Positions 9,711 to 19,676 of a stretch of DNA of 64,000 nucleotides are shown here, piece after piece. Under the pieces are notes generated by a model, which saw only the letters and a program-made list of their open reading frames with translations, ran no database searches and was not told the DNA's origin. Source of the stretch: Nitrososphaerota archaeon (GTDB taxonomy: Archaea > Thermoproteota > EX4484-205 > JAAOZP01); assembly GCA_011605725.1 (NCBI GenBank), contig JAAOZP010000017.1, positions 160,001-224,000 on the forward strand. Reading direction: 5' to 3'. The position numbers and the translations under genes are program-made. The stretch's first letter is position 1. Every line of letters begins with the position of its first letter.

Positions 9711-12158
9711 CTACTTCTTTTTCCTTCTTAACAATAGGACTGCAGCTATGGCGATGACCAGGATGACCACGACTATCCCGATTACTGCTTCATACCACAT
9801 TCTGAACACGGCTCTAATAGTGTGAGGCTTGTCCGTAGTGACCGTGATGGATGCGGATGCCCCCTTCTCCTCCCCGTCGACAACCCATTTTTCGAGGACG
9901 CTAAGGAAGCCGGGTTTAGCCGTTATCGTCACTGTTTCACGCCCGAAGTACCCGTGTGAACCAGGCTCAGGGTCAGTTGTTCCGCTTCCCTCCACGGAGA
10001 TCACGAGCTCACGCTGCAAAAGCTTTCTGAATGGTTTCAGGACCGCGGTGTGCGCCGTTATGTCAGCAGTCTCCAAATAGTAGGGACCGGCACCAACCCA
10101 GAAGTGCTTATACTTAGCATACCAGTTTTTCAAAGCGTTGTACCTTGCCCTAGCCTCCTCCGCAGTGATGTATTTACTGTTAAGCTCCTTGAAAGGTATG
10201 TAGCCCTCAGTTATAGCTTCATCCACCATTTGAGACAGGATTTGCAGGCTTGGACCGGCTATGTAGTTCATCCATTCAACATTGTTCTTTAGAGCCTTGT
10301 CCTGGCCGAAGGCAAGGAGGCCTTTCTCCTCAGCCTTAACGCCTATCGCAGTGGTATGCCATGGTCCAGCCAAGCCGACGTAAGCGCTGGCTATTAGCTC
10401 AGCATCCATGTTCGTGTAGTCAGTGTACCATTCTATCTTCAACGGGTGCTCGCTCACGATCCTCCACGCTTTGAAAACCTCCCTCCAGGACTCGAATGAT
10501 CCTACATAAGCCTCGTCGTAAAGCGCACTTTTGTTACTAGCCCTCTCAAAGTTGATAGGCCAGCTCCAAACCCAGTCGGCGAGACTCATAACCGTTCCAT
10601 CATGGTATTCAAACTTGCCAATGATGTCCTCGTACTCTGCAACTATCTTAACCTTCGCCTTAGTCACTCCGGCTTCCCCAGCAGTCACAACCTTCTTCTT
10701 TTCAACATCCCAAGCATACCAAGCGTCTGAAGGTATAGTAACGCTGTCCACGAAATTCAGAGTCAGCCAGTTTTTACTCTCAGGATTCTGGAAAGTCAGA
10801 AGGCCTTTTTCAGCCTCTATCGTAACGCTTTTTACGAAGCCCGTGGGTATTGGAAGCCCACTCTTAGGATGACTTAGAAAAGCAGGCATGCCGGTGGCTG
10901 AGCTCACCATACCGTCGTATATCCAGTTAGAACCAGCTATCGGGTTCCACGCGTCCCCGGTCAACACGTCTGAGCTACCTATTTTCACTGTTCCACCCGT
11001 CTTCCCTCCACGGTTCAACGTGAATGCCCATATTCCAACCCAGTAGCCTCCGGAGTAGTCGGCTATAGCGTTTATTTCCTTCCTCCTGACCCATGCTGCA
11101 GTCTGGTCTACGAGCCAGACTCTCACAGAGTCTTGAAGCGCAAGTTCGAAAGCCTTTTTCATCCATGCTGTCCTTTCATCTATAGTGGTGAACTTCTTTT
11201 CAGCAAGCTTATCAGCAAGCTCGCTGAACTCTGGGGAAGGCTTGTAAGAGGCCCATAGCGGGCTGATTGAAGCCATGCCTGACTTAGGACTGTAGAAGAA
11301 CTGGAAGTTGTCTGAATCATCTCTCGACACTACTGTAGTCACCCAGCCGCCAGTGTATATGTGCCACTTCCCTTCAGCAGGATTGCCTCTCATCCATATG
11401 GGTGAGGCTTCTCTCGAAGTCTTGTACATCCTCTCCACGGTGAACCCGAGCTTCTCCAATTGCCCTGAAACATAGTCTCCTATCTGCCTCCTCCTGTCTT
11501 CAGTCCTTATGACGAATTTCAGGACGATCGGCTCACCCTTATATAGCCATTTTCCATCTTTATACTCTACACCCGGCTCCTTCGACAACTCGTCGAATAT
11601 AGTCTGCTTAGCCTTTTCGAAGTTGTACGCATATTTAGTCTCAATGCTTTTTATCACATCCTTATGTCTCTCGTAGTCTGGAAAACCGTTGCAGACGGGG
11701 ACATACTTAGGTATAGCAAGGCCGCCCATGATCTCGTCAACTATATACTGCCTGTCTACAAGCATGTTCATGGCTTCCCTTATCTTAGGGTTGTAGAACG
11801 GGTTGAACTTGCCGTCAAGCGTTGTAGGACCAACAGGGTTAAAGGTAAGTTCATTGTATAAGCCGTATGAGAAAGCGTATGTTAGTGCTGCCGATTCCCG
11901 TACCCTTCTGAAAAGCACCGGGTCGCCTATATCCTTAAAGTAGATGTCCATATCCCCCTTCTCCATCATTTCAACGGCTTTAGCTGCATCCGCCACTGGG
12001 AAGAAGACCACCTCGTCGAACCACCCGTAGTTATAGATCGGAAGCTCTTCCTGCGCAGAAGTGAAAGTGACGATTGGGGCTAGAGCCTGAGAGAGCATTA
12101 GAAGCATTAGGATGGATGCTATGCATACTGTTATCTTGTTTTCTGAACCCCGTATCAT
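9711..12158 (-). CDS. oppA: Peptide ABC transporter substrate-binding protein (family 5) with C-terminal beta-repeat-like linker and TM anchor
   Basis: Signal peptide, NPKIREAMNMLVDR, GAGPYYL; C-terminal VEGSGTTDP...ITVTTDKPHTIRAVF then TM-RRKKK. Confidence 0.9.
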   Translation of the reverse strand: MIRGSENKITVCIASILMLLMLSQALAPIVTFTSAQEELPIYNYGWFDEVVFFPVADAAKAVEMMEKGDMDIYFKDIGDPVLFRRVRESAALTYAFSYGLYNELTFNPVGPTTLDGKFNPFYNPKIREAMNMLVDRQYIVDEIMGGLAIPKYVPVCNGFPDYERHKDVIKSIETKYAYNFEKAKQTIFDELSKEPGVEYKDGKWLYKGEPIVLKFVIRTEDRRRQIGDYVSGQLEKLGFTVERMYKTSREASPIWMRGNPAEGKWHIYTGGWVTTVVSRDDSDNFQFFYSPKSGMASISPLWASYKPSPEFSELADKLAEKKFTTIDERTAWMKKAFELALQDSVRVWLVDQTAAWVRRKEINAIADYSGGYWVGIWAFTLNRGGKTGGTVKIGSSDVLTGDAWNPIAGSNWIYDGMVSSATGMPAFLSHPKSGLPIPTGFVKSVTIEAEKGLLTFQNPESKNWLTLNFVDSVTIPSDAWYAWDVEKKKVVTAGEAGVTKAKVKIVAEYEDIIGKFEYHDGTVMSLADWVWSWPINFERASNKSALYDEAYVGSFESWREVFKAWRIVSEHPLKIEWYTDYTNMDAELIASAYVGLAGPWHTTAIGVKAEEKGLLAFGQDKALKNNVEWMNYIAGPSLQILSQMVDEAITEGYIPFKELNSKYITAEEARARYNALKNWYAKYKHFWVGAGPYYLETADITAHTAVLKPFRKLLQRELVISVEGSGTTDPEPGSHGYFGRETVTITAKPGFLSVLEKWVVDGEEKGASASITVTTDKPHTIRAVFRMWYEAVIGIVVVILVIAIAAVLLLRRKKK

Positions 12159-12257
12159 TTTCTCATCATAAATGGGCCTCCTGAGGTATTTTATAAAGGT
12201 TTCTAGGGCAATTATAAAAAAATGTGTAGCATTTATAAGGAATAGAGGTTTACATCA

Positions 12258-13127
12258 TCAAACTCTCAACCCATGCAGCAAGCTCCTCAAGGCCTCAAGC
12301 TGGTTAACCTCAATGCACATGTATTCCGCAGCAGATCTTAAGGCAACGCCAGTTTTTTCAGCCTCCTCATACAGTTCTCCGAAATACTTCCTCCACTCCA
12401 AGTCCCGCAGAAGATGATGGTCGAGGATCATGATGGATGGACTTACCTGGCTTATTATCCTCCTGATGTTTCTCATGCTTGCCTCAAGCTGTTCCTCCGT
12501 AAGGTTTAGACCAAGCATATAGGTGGATGGGCCATCTATGTAAATCGTGCCGGGCCTCTTCCCTATGACGAACCTAACCTGATAGTCCAGGGGGAAGCCC
12601 TGCACGTCGCTCGTGAAAAGGAAACTGTCGGCAGAATCCTTGACGCTGAGCTCAACCACGTAGCCGAGCTGACTATCAGGGCCGTGGGGAACCGGGTTTG
12701 AAAACTCAAGCCTAGTTCCACCGAACAAATATTCCTTGCCGTCGGCAACCATAACCCGAGACGCGATCGGCCTGATCTTATCGAGAAACACTGATGCCCT
12801 TCTCCTCTGGCTGAAGTTTATCATGTTCTCCGGATCCTTAACTATGATTATTCTCCCCCCATAGATCTCCTCGAGAAACCTTGTTGAACTATGATGATCA
12901 TAATGATAGTGCGTCACTACAATGACTTCACACTCCTCTGCTGCAGAGGCTATTCGCTCCCAGCATTCTTCCAGGAGACTGAGCTCTTTCGGGTGCGGTG
13001 GAAGCCCGTATCTTCGAGGCGCGACGGCGGCAGCAGGGTCTATCATCAGCTTCAGGTCTCTAGTTTCAACAAGCGTAGCCATGCTTCTAACGCCCATCGA
13101 GTCGAAGCAGATCGGGTTTATCTTCAA
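12258..13127 (-). CDS. UPF0282-family MBL-fold metallo-hydrolase
   Basis: FDSMGVRSMAT, THYHYDH, PVPHG, TSDVQG, DHHLLRD. Confidence 0.88.
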   Translation of the reverse strand: MKINPICFDSMGVRSMATLVETRDLKLMIDPAAAVAPRRYGLPPHPKELSLLEECWERIASAAEECEVIVVTHYHYDHHSSTRFLEEIYGGRIIIVKDPENMINFSQRRRASVFLDKIRPIASRVMVADGKEYLFGGTRLEFSNPVPHGPDSQLGYVVELSVKDSADSFLFTSDVQGFPLDYQVRFVIGKRPGTIYIDGPSTYMLGLNLTEEQLEASMRNIRRIISQVSPSIMILDHHLLRDLEWRKYFGELYEEAEKTGVALRSAAEYMCIEVNQLEALRSLLHGLRV

Positions 13128-13220
13128 TCCTCTGTTCTGATTGCTCTACGACTTTAATAAAACTTTTAAGAGATATAAATCAGAATAACGCGGCCGGCTT
13201 CTAACAGCTATCCTATTTTT

Positions 13221-13547
13221 TTACTCTGCGCCTTTAACCCACTTTGAGAAGTCCAGAGCCCTCTTTAAAACGCCTTTCTTAACTAGGGAACAGTATACTT
13301 CCCTACCCTTCTTAACGGTTTTAACCAAGCCAGCGTTCTCAAGAATCCTGATGTGGTATGACACTGTGGGCTGGGAGAGGTTGAACTTCTCCACGATGCC
13401 TGTTATCATCATGCTCTCGCCCTCTATTATAGAGAGTATTCTGAGCCGGGTTGGGTCAGCCAGTGCCTTGAACACCTTAGCCGCATGCTTGAATGCCTCC
13501 TCATCCTCCTTTTTAATTGACAATTCTATATCGTTAATAAATCCCAA
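13221..13547 (-). CDS. ArsR/SmtB family transcriptional regulator downstream of hoxH
   Basis: FKALADPTRLRIL...LSQPTVSYHIRILENAGLV. Confidence 0.9.
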   Translation of the reverse strand: MGFINDIELSIKKEDEEAFKHAAKVFKALADPTRLRILSIIEGESMMITGIVEKFNLSQPTVSYHIRILENAGLVKTVKKGREVYCSLVKKGVLKRALDFSKWVKGAE

Positions 13548-13657
13548 AGATTAATATATAAATCTTTTGGATGCTACTTAACGGATAGAAAATACTGATA
13601 AAACCTTTCTAAAGGCTTAAAAATAGGCTTAAGTTAAATATTTAAAAGAAGCTATTA

Positions 13658-15088
13658 TCAGCCTCTTACGAGTTCACCTATAAGCCTGTTTTCAGAGTCG
13701 TAGAGCAGGACTCTAAGAGGCATTTCACCTATGGCATGGGTTGCGCAGCTTAGGCAAGGATCTAGAGCACGCACAACAGCCTCAACCCTGTTCAGCATCC
13801 CCTCGCTGAGGCTCCTGCCGTTAACGTATTTTTTAGCAACCTGGGTCACAGCCTTGTTGAAAGCAAGATTATTGTTAACAGTGGCAATTATCAGGTTAAC
13901 CCAGCTTATCCTACCTTGCTCATCAACCTTGTAATGATGGATCAGGGTTCCTCTAGGGGCTTCGATAACCCCTATGCCTTCCCTCCTGTTAAGAGAGGCT
14001 TTAGCCTGAACGTTCACGTCTAAAACTTCAGGATCCCGCAGGATCTCCTCAGCCTTCTCAACGCAGTGGACTATTTCAATCAGGCGGGCGTAGTGGTACA
14101 TGAAGGTGTTTTGAACAACCCCGTTGCCCCCTAGTTTCTTAAAATCCTTGTGAAGGTCGTCTGCAAGCCTTGTGCCGCAGCGTGAGGAAACGTTAAGCCT
14201 AGCCAGCGGGCCAACCCTGTAAACGCCGCCAGGGTAGCCTGCAGGCTTATAGTATGGGAACTTCATGTAGGACCAGTCTTCAACAGCCTCCCCGATGTAC
14301 TCGAAGTATTTAGAAGGATCAAGCTGGTCTGCCACTATCTTTCCATCTGGACTCATTATTCTTATTCTTCCATCGTAATGCTCGAGTCCACCGTCCTGCG
14401 TGACTAGGCCCATGTAGTAGGTTGGAAAATCGCCGAAGTTTTCAACATCCTTATTAAGGCTTTCAAGTGTCTTAGTGAAGATCGAGATCGCGTTTAAAGC
14501 GATCTCAATAGCTTTAGGAGTTTCGGAGAGGATTGCGTCAGCCTTCTCCTTGGAAAGTGGTGTTTTAACGCCACCCGGGAGGATCCAGTCGCTCGAGTGA
14601 ATCCTCCTGCCTGCGAGGCTTTCAATAATGCGCTGCCCGAATTTCCTAAGCCACACTCCCTGCTTAGCGATCTCAGGATATTTTTCAGCAAGGCCGAGAA
14701 TGTTCCTTTTAGACGGGTCTGAATCCATGCCGAGCAGGAAGTCTGGAGAAGAAAGGTAGAAGAAGCTTAAAGCGTGCGACTGTATTATTTGACCCATATG
14801 CATCAGCCTACGTAGCAAGACAGCTGTTCTAGGTGTTTCAACCGCAACAAGGTTATCGCATGCCTTAGCAGAAGCCAGAAGGTGGCTTACTGGGCATATG
14901 CCGCATATTCTTGAAGTAATACCCGGCATCTCGTAGAACGGCCTGCCTTCGCAGAATTTTTCAAACCCTCTGAAATCCGTAACATGGAACCTGGCCTCTC
15001 TGACTGAACCGTCGTCGTTAAGATGTATAGTTATCTTCGCATGCCCCTCTATCCTGGTGACGGGGTTAACAACAATCTCCCTAACCAT
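13658..15088 (-). CDS. hoxH: Group 3d bidirectional [NiFe]-hydrogenase large subunit
   Basis: TRIEGHAKI, L1 SRICGICPVSHLLAS, L2 DPCLSCATH followed by cleavable tail AIGEMPL... Confidence 0.9.
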   Translation of the reverse strand: MVREIVVNPVTRIEGHAKITIHLNDDGSVREARFHVTDFRGFEKFCEGRPFYEMPGITSRICGICPVSHLLASAKACDNLVAVETPRTAVLLRRLMHMGQIIQSHALSFFYLSSPDFLLGMDSDPSKRNILGLAEKYPEIAKQGVWLRKFGQRIIESLAGRRIHSSDWILPGGVKTPLSKEKADAILSETPKAIEIALNAISIFTKTLESLNKDVENFGDFPTYYMGLVTQDGGLEHYDGRIRIMSPDGKIVADQLDPSKYFEYIGEAVEDWSYMKFPYYKPAGYPGGVYRVGPLARLNVSSRCGTRLADDLHKDFKKLGGNGVVQNTFMYHYARLIEIVHCVEKAEEILRDPEVLDVNVQAKASLNRREGIGVIEAPRGTLIHHYKVDEQGRISWVNLIIATVNNNLAFNKAVTQVAKKYVNGRSLSEGMLNRVEAVVRALDPCLSCATHAIGEMPLRVLLYDSENRLIGELVRG

Positions 15089-15104
15089 TTTTCAAACCAT
15101 CCTC

Positions 15105-15638
15105 CTAACCATACTTGAACCTGCCCTCTAAAACAGGAGCCCTGCCTTCGAGAAGCTCGTTTAAAACCTGACTTATCAATTCAGCGTTAGGCGGACATCC
15201 TGGAACATAAACGTCAACCTTAACAACCTCGTTCAAAGCAAGAACCCTCTTCAGGAGCCTAGGCACCTGCTCCGGAACACCCTGGTTAAGACTCGCGTTT
15301 TCAACGTATGCTCTCTTCAAAACCTCTTCATCACCGTTTCTCAAACTGTTTCTCAAAGCCGTCACATTCCCGTTTACAGCGCAGTCCCCGAGGGCTACTA
15401 GAATCCTGCTGTTTCTCCTAATCTTTTTCAGAAGCTGAAGCTGCTCCTCGTTTCCAACCGCACCCTCAACAAGCGTTACGTCAACGTTCTCAGGAAAATC
15501 CTTAACGTCAGCGATCGGACTGTAGACAAGCTCCGCCTTTCCAGCTAACTCAAGAATCTTCTCATCCTGGTCGAGAAAGGACATGTGGCACCCCGAGCAG
15601 CCGCTCAGCCAGACCGTCGCCAGCCTAATTTTAGCCAA
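15105..15638 (-). CDS. hoxY: Group 3d hydrogenase small subunit
   Basis: WLSGCSGCHMS, GDCAVNGNV, PGCPP; 177 aa, proximal cluster only. Confidence 0.9.
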   Translation of the reverse strand: MAKIRLATVWLSGCSGCHMSFLDQDEKILELAGKAELVYSPIADVKDFPENVDVTLVEGAVGNEEQLQLLKKIRRNSRILVALGDCAVNGNVTALRNSLRNGDEEVLKRAYVENASLNQGVPEQVPRLLKRVLALNEVVKVDVYVPGCPPNAELISQVLNELLEGRAPVLEGRFKYG

Positions 15639-16358
15639 CTACTTCTCACTCCTCCTCTCCATTATGAATGAGACAAGATCCTTCTTCTTAACCTCTGAAA
15701 GAGGCTTACCCTTAACGTAGAGTGCTCCAACCGGGCATGATGCGGAGCATTTTCCGCAGGAGGTGCAGGACCGTGAGAAACCCCAGTTTTCATCAAGGTC
15801 GAAAATAACCTTAGAATTCTTGCCCCTGAGCATCAGGTCCAAGGTGTGCACGCCCTCAACCTCGTCGCAAACCCTGATGCAGCGCGTGCAAAGTATGCAC
15901 CTGTTAGGGTCGTACGCGAACCTCTCGTGAGTAAGGTCAACCTCGTAATCCGTCCACTCCCTGTCAACCCTAAGATGGTCGACACCCAGCTCAGTAGCAA
16001 GCTGCTGCAGCTCGCAGCTCCCGTTGGCCACGCAAACCGAGCAGACATGAGGCCTCTCAGCCAAGAGAAGCTCCACCGCCCATCTCCGGTAGCGCCTAAG
16101 CTTCTCGGAATCCGTAACCACCTCCATGCCGCCTGTAACAGGCGTGACGCATGAGGCGAAGACCCTGGGAGAGCCCTTCAGTTCAACCACGCAGACCCTG
16201 CATCCGCCGAATGACGAGACTCCTTCAAGATAGCATAGAGCTGGAATATACAGCCCGTTCCTTCTCGCAGCCTCAAGAATAGTCTCTCCTTCTTTAGCAG
16301 TAACCTTCTTACCGTCTATGGTGAGCTCTACAGGCTTACTCAACTCCACCACCTCCAC
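15639..16358 (-). CDS. hoxU: Diaphorase Fe-S subunit
   Basis: IPALC..GGCRVC [2Fe-2S], HVCSVC..C, CILCTRC and CTSCGKC [4Fe-4S]. Confidence 0.9.
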   Translation of the reverse strand: MEVVELSKPVELTIDGKKVTAKEGETILEAARRNGLYIPALCYLEGVSSFGGCRVCVVELKGSPRVFASCVTPVTGGMEVVTDSEKLRRYRRWAVELLLAERPHVCSVCVANGSCELQQLATELGVDHLRVDREWTDYEVDLTHERFAYDPNRCILCTRCIRVCDEVEGVHTLDLMLRGKNSKVIFDLDENWGFSRSCTSCGKCSASCPVGALYVKGKPLSEVKKKDLVSFIMERRSEK

Positions 16359-17988
16359 TGTTCCCGAAACATTTGCCTGCGGGACACCTCTTCTCTACAA
16401 GGTGCGCAATATACTCGTCCCTAAAGTACCTGAGCGTCGTCAGAGTCGGGTTTGGCGCTGTCTGACCTAGGCCGCATAGGCTGGCCTCCTTAATGAACTC
16501 GCATAATTCCTCAACCTTTGAGAAGTCTTCAACACTCCCTTCCCCGCGCGTGAACCCGTCTAGAACCTTGTAAAGCTTGTAAAGACCAGCCCTACAGGGA
16601 GTACATTTCCCGCATGACTCGTCCACGCAGAACTCTGTGAAGAACTTTGCTGTGTCAACCATGCATGACGTGTCGTCAAGCACAACTATCCCGCCTGAGC
16701 CCATTATGGCACCCGCCTTAGTCAGAGACTCGTAGTCTATCGGGAGGTCGAGAAGCTGCTCGGGCAGGAATCCTCCTGAGGGCCCGCCTACCTGAACAGC
16801 CTTGAAACGCCTACCTGGCGCGACGCCCCCGCCTATGTCGAACACAACCTCCCTCAGAGTAATCCCCATGGGCACTTCGATCAAGCCAGGGTTGTTAACC
16901 TTGCCGGTGAGAGAGAAGCATTTCGTCCCAGTGCAGTTCTTGGAGCCTATGCTTGAGAACCATTCACTACCCTTAAGCAGTATTACTGGAACATTAGCCA
17001 GAGTCTCAACGTTGTTTATCAAAGTAGGCTTCCCCCAGAGGCCTGACTGCGCGGGATACGGGGGCCTAGGCCTAGGCATGGCTCTACGTCCCTCTATCGA
17101 TGCCAGTATCGCTGTCTCCTCACCCGCTACGAACGCTCCCGCGCCCAGCCTCAGCTCAACGTCGAAGCTGAAGGAAGTCTCGAAAATATTGTCGCCAAGC
17201 ACACCCATACTCCTCGCAGCTTCAATAGCCTTCTTAAGAGTCTGAACAGCCAACGGGTATTCGCTGCGCACATATATGTAGCCCTTTTGAGAGCCCACGG
17301 CGTAGGCGGCTATCGCCATTCCCTCCAGAATCGCATGTGGATCAGCCTCGGCTAGAGTACGGTTCGCGAAAACACCTGGGTCACCCTCATCCAAGTTCGC
17401 TATAACGTATTTCGGCGACCCTGGTGCTCTAGCAACATACCTCCATTTCAAGCCTGTCAGGAAGCCGGCTCCACCACGCCCCTTCAACCCGCTTAAAGCA
17501 ACCTCTTCAATCACACCCTGTGGAGTCATCCTGGTTAAAGCCTTGAGCAGCGCGTAATACCCGCCTACAGCAATATAATCTTCTATTCTTAAAGGATCTA
17601 TTTTACCAGCGTTTCTTAAGACGATCCTCAGCTGCTTCTTGAAGAAGGCTTCATTACCGTAGAGCATGCTTTTAACAGGCCTGCCGCCGACAATATGCTC
17701 CTTAACTATCTCCCTAGCCTTTTCAGGAGTAACGTTCTGATAAAGATAGTCACCCGGCTCCACGAGAACAGCCGGCGCTAGGGAACAAGTACCAACACAG
17801 CCCGTTCTCGCAACGTAACACTCCTCCTCAACCCCGAATTCCCTCACAGCATCCTTGAAGGCGCTTAAAACCTTTAAAGACCCGAAAGGCATGCAGCCGC
17901 TTGAGCAGCAAACGTTTATCCTGTACCTGTAGGACTTGCGAAGCTCAGACTCTTTCTGAGCGAGGCTGCGAAGCTCATCTGGCTTCAA
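16336..17988 (-). CDS. hoxF: Diaphorase FMN/NAD-binding subunit (NuoF-like)
   Basis: N-terminal thioredoxin-like [2Fe-2S], GLKGRGGAGF, DEGDPG, AGEET, ESCGKCTPC, SLCGLG. Confidence 0.9.
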   Translation of the reverse strand: MKPDELRSLAQKESELRKSYRYRINVCCSSGCMPFGSLKVLSAFKDAVREFGVEEECYVARTGCVGTCSLAPAVLVEPGDYLYQNVTPEKAREIVKEHIVGGRPVKSMLYGNEAFFKKQLRIVLRNAGKIDPLRIEDYIAVGGYYALLKALTRMTPQGVIEEVALSGLKGRGGAGFLTGLKWRYVARAPGSPKYVIANLDEGDPGVFANRTLAEADPHAILEGMAIAAYAVGSQKGYIYVRSEYPLAVQTLKKAIEAARSMGVLGDNIFETSFSFDVELRLGAGAFVAGEETAILASIEGRRAMPRPRPPYPAQSGLWGKPTLINNVETLANVPVILLKGSEWFSSIGSKNCTGTKCFSLTGKVNNPGLIEVPMGITLREVVFDIGGGVAPGRRFKAVQVGGPSGGFLPEQLLDLPIDYESLTKAGAIMGSGGIVVLDDTSCMVDTAKFFTEFCVDESCGKCTPCRAGLYKLYKVLDGFTRGEGSVEDFSKVEELCEFIKEASLCGLGQTAPNPTLTTLRYFRDEYIAHLVEKRCPAGKCFGNSGGGGVE

Positions 17989-18493
17989 CCATCTCAGCCC
18001 CCATGGCAGATTTCACTTTTCTCAACACGTCTTCTGGAGTAGCTTTCCCGATTACTTCTCCGTCGACGATAGCGTTAGGAGCCATTGCACACGCCCCGAT
18101 GCATCTTGTTACGAAAAGCGAGAGTCTTCCGTCGCTAGTGGTTCCCCCACGTTTAAGGTTAAACTCCCTCTCTATGGTTGAAACAATGTTCTCAGCACCC
18201 TTAACATAGCAGGCTGTCCCCATGCAAACCGTCACGACGTGCATACCAGGCTTCTTCAGCTTGAAAAGGTTGTAGAATGTTGCAACACCGTAGACGTGGC
18301 TCGGGGGAAGACGGAGCTGTCTTGAAATATGCTGTAGAAGATCTTTATCCAAATAACCGTAGAGCTCCTGAGCAGTATGGAGAATCTCCAGTAGAGCATC
18401 CTTACTATACTGATGCTGTTTAATAGCTGCTTCAAGCATCTGGAGGCGCCGATCGCTTTTCACACCGGTTTGCTGACCCCCTGAATTAGGCAT
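17975..18493 (-). CDS. hoxE: Diaphorase [2Fe-2S] subunit (NuoE-like)
   Basis: VYGVATFY, CMGTACYVKG, CIGAC. Confidence 0.9.
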   Translation of the reverse strand: MPNSGGQQTGVKSDRRLQMLEAAIKQHQYSKDALLEILHTAQELYGYLDKDLLQHISRQLRLPPSHVYGVATFYNLFKLKKPGMHVVTVCMGTACYVKGAENIVSTIEREFNLKRGGTTSDGRLSLFVTRCIGACAMAPNAIVDGEVIGKATPEDVLRKVKSAMGAEMVEAR

Positions 18494-18647
18494 TACACAG
18501 CCGTCGAAGGGGCCTTTAGACTAATATTTAAGAATTTGCCCGATTAGAATCAGCAGAGTTGCAACTAGTCTAGAGGAAACAGCTTTCCAAACATGAGTTA
18601 AAGATTTATAAAAAAGTGTGTAAAAGACATTAACCCGTGATAACGGA
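18494..18647. promoter_or_regulatory. Divergent promoter region of the hox and hyd operons
   Basis: TATA-like TTAAATA (minus, 18525-18531) and TTTATAAA (plus, 18605-18612), each ~32-36 nt from a start; palindromes AGTTGCAACT (18557-18566) and GGAAA-cagc-TTTCC (18575-18588) between them. Confidence 0.65.
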
Positions 18648-19676
18648 ATGTCGTTCATAATAAAGAGGGAAGACATTCCACATTTCTCTAGACACGTAAT
18701 CTCGAAGGGCTACACTCTTTTTGCACCGGTTAAAGGAGAGTTTAAACATTCCTTTAAGAAGATCGCTGAGAATCAGGTTGAAGATGTTTCGCTCGACTTT
18801 GTTAGAACAACGATGCCACCTTTAAAGAGCCTGCTAATACCTCCTAGGGAAACCCTGTTAAAAATCAGAAACGGAAAGGTTGAGGAGACGCTTCCCGACG
18901 CAACCAGTAGGACTGCAATCCTAGGTGTTCACCCTTGCGACGTAAACGCGATGAGCCTGTTGGAGAGGGTCTACATGGACCGGCCTAAGGACCCTTACTT
19001 CGAGGCGAGGAGGAAAAGCCTTCTCGTAATAGCCTTAAACTGTAAAACTGCTGACGAGTATTGCTTCTGCACATCATTCGGAACAGGCCCGTCACTCGAG
19101 GAGGGGTTTGACCTTCTCCTGACAGACTTGGGAGACAGGTTCCTGTTGGAAACAGGCTCCAGGAAAGGGGCTGAACTGATAAGCGACTTCTACATGCCTC
19201 GAGCCACAAGCACGGATATTCTTGAGAAGGACGATACGATAAGGAGGGTTAAAGGAATGATAAGGAGACATGTGAACACAGCCGGCCTCCAAAGGATAAT
19301 GATAGGAGCACTTTACAACCCTATTTGGAACGAGCTCGCAGGCATGTGCACAGGCTGCGGCGCCTGCAACATGGTTTGCCCCACATGCTTCTGCTTCAAC
19401 ATGACGGATGAGCCGGAGCTTGACTCAGGCGGCACGGTGAGAATCAGAACATGGGACGGCTGCTTACTATGGGAGTACGCTGAAGTAGCATTAGGCGGAA
19501 ACTTCAGGAGGGACCTGTCGGCAAGGATCAGGCAGTTCGTAAACCATAAGATGAATTATTGGCTGAACCAGTATGGCTCCCTTGGATGCGTGGGCTGCGG
19601 GAGATGTATAGAGCAGTGTCCTGCAGGAATAGATATAACAAGGGTTGTAGCCAGGCTGAGAGGTGAGACGCCGTGA
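18648..19676 (+). CDS. hydB: Group 3b sulfhydrogenase beta subunit (Fe-S)
   Basis: GVHPCD, CFC, CTGCGACNMVCPTCFC, CVGCGRCIEQCP. Confidence 0.88.
   Translation: MSFIIKREDIPHFSRHVISKGYTLFAPVKGEFKHSFKKIAENQVEDVSLDFVRTTMPPLKSLLIPPRETLLKIRNGKVEETLPDATSRTAILGVHPCDVNAMSLLERVYMDRPKDPYFEARRKSLLVIALNCKTADEYCFCTSFGTGPSLEEGFDLLLTDLGDRFLLETGSRKGAELISDFYMPRATSTDILEKDDTIRRVKGMIRRHVNTAGLQRIMIGALYNPIWNELAGMCTGCGACNMVCPTCFCFNMTDEPELDSGGTVRIRTWDGCLLWEYAEVALGGNFRRDLSARIRQFVNHKMNYWLNQYGSLGCVGCGRCIEQCPAGIDITRVVARLRGETP

Noticed and set aside
18557-18600. SurR-type GTT-N3-AAC sites in the hydrogenase promoter
   Set aside because: Spacing is GTT-N2-AAC and the adjacent regulator is a short ArsR, not SurR-sized.
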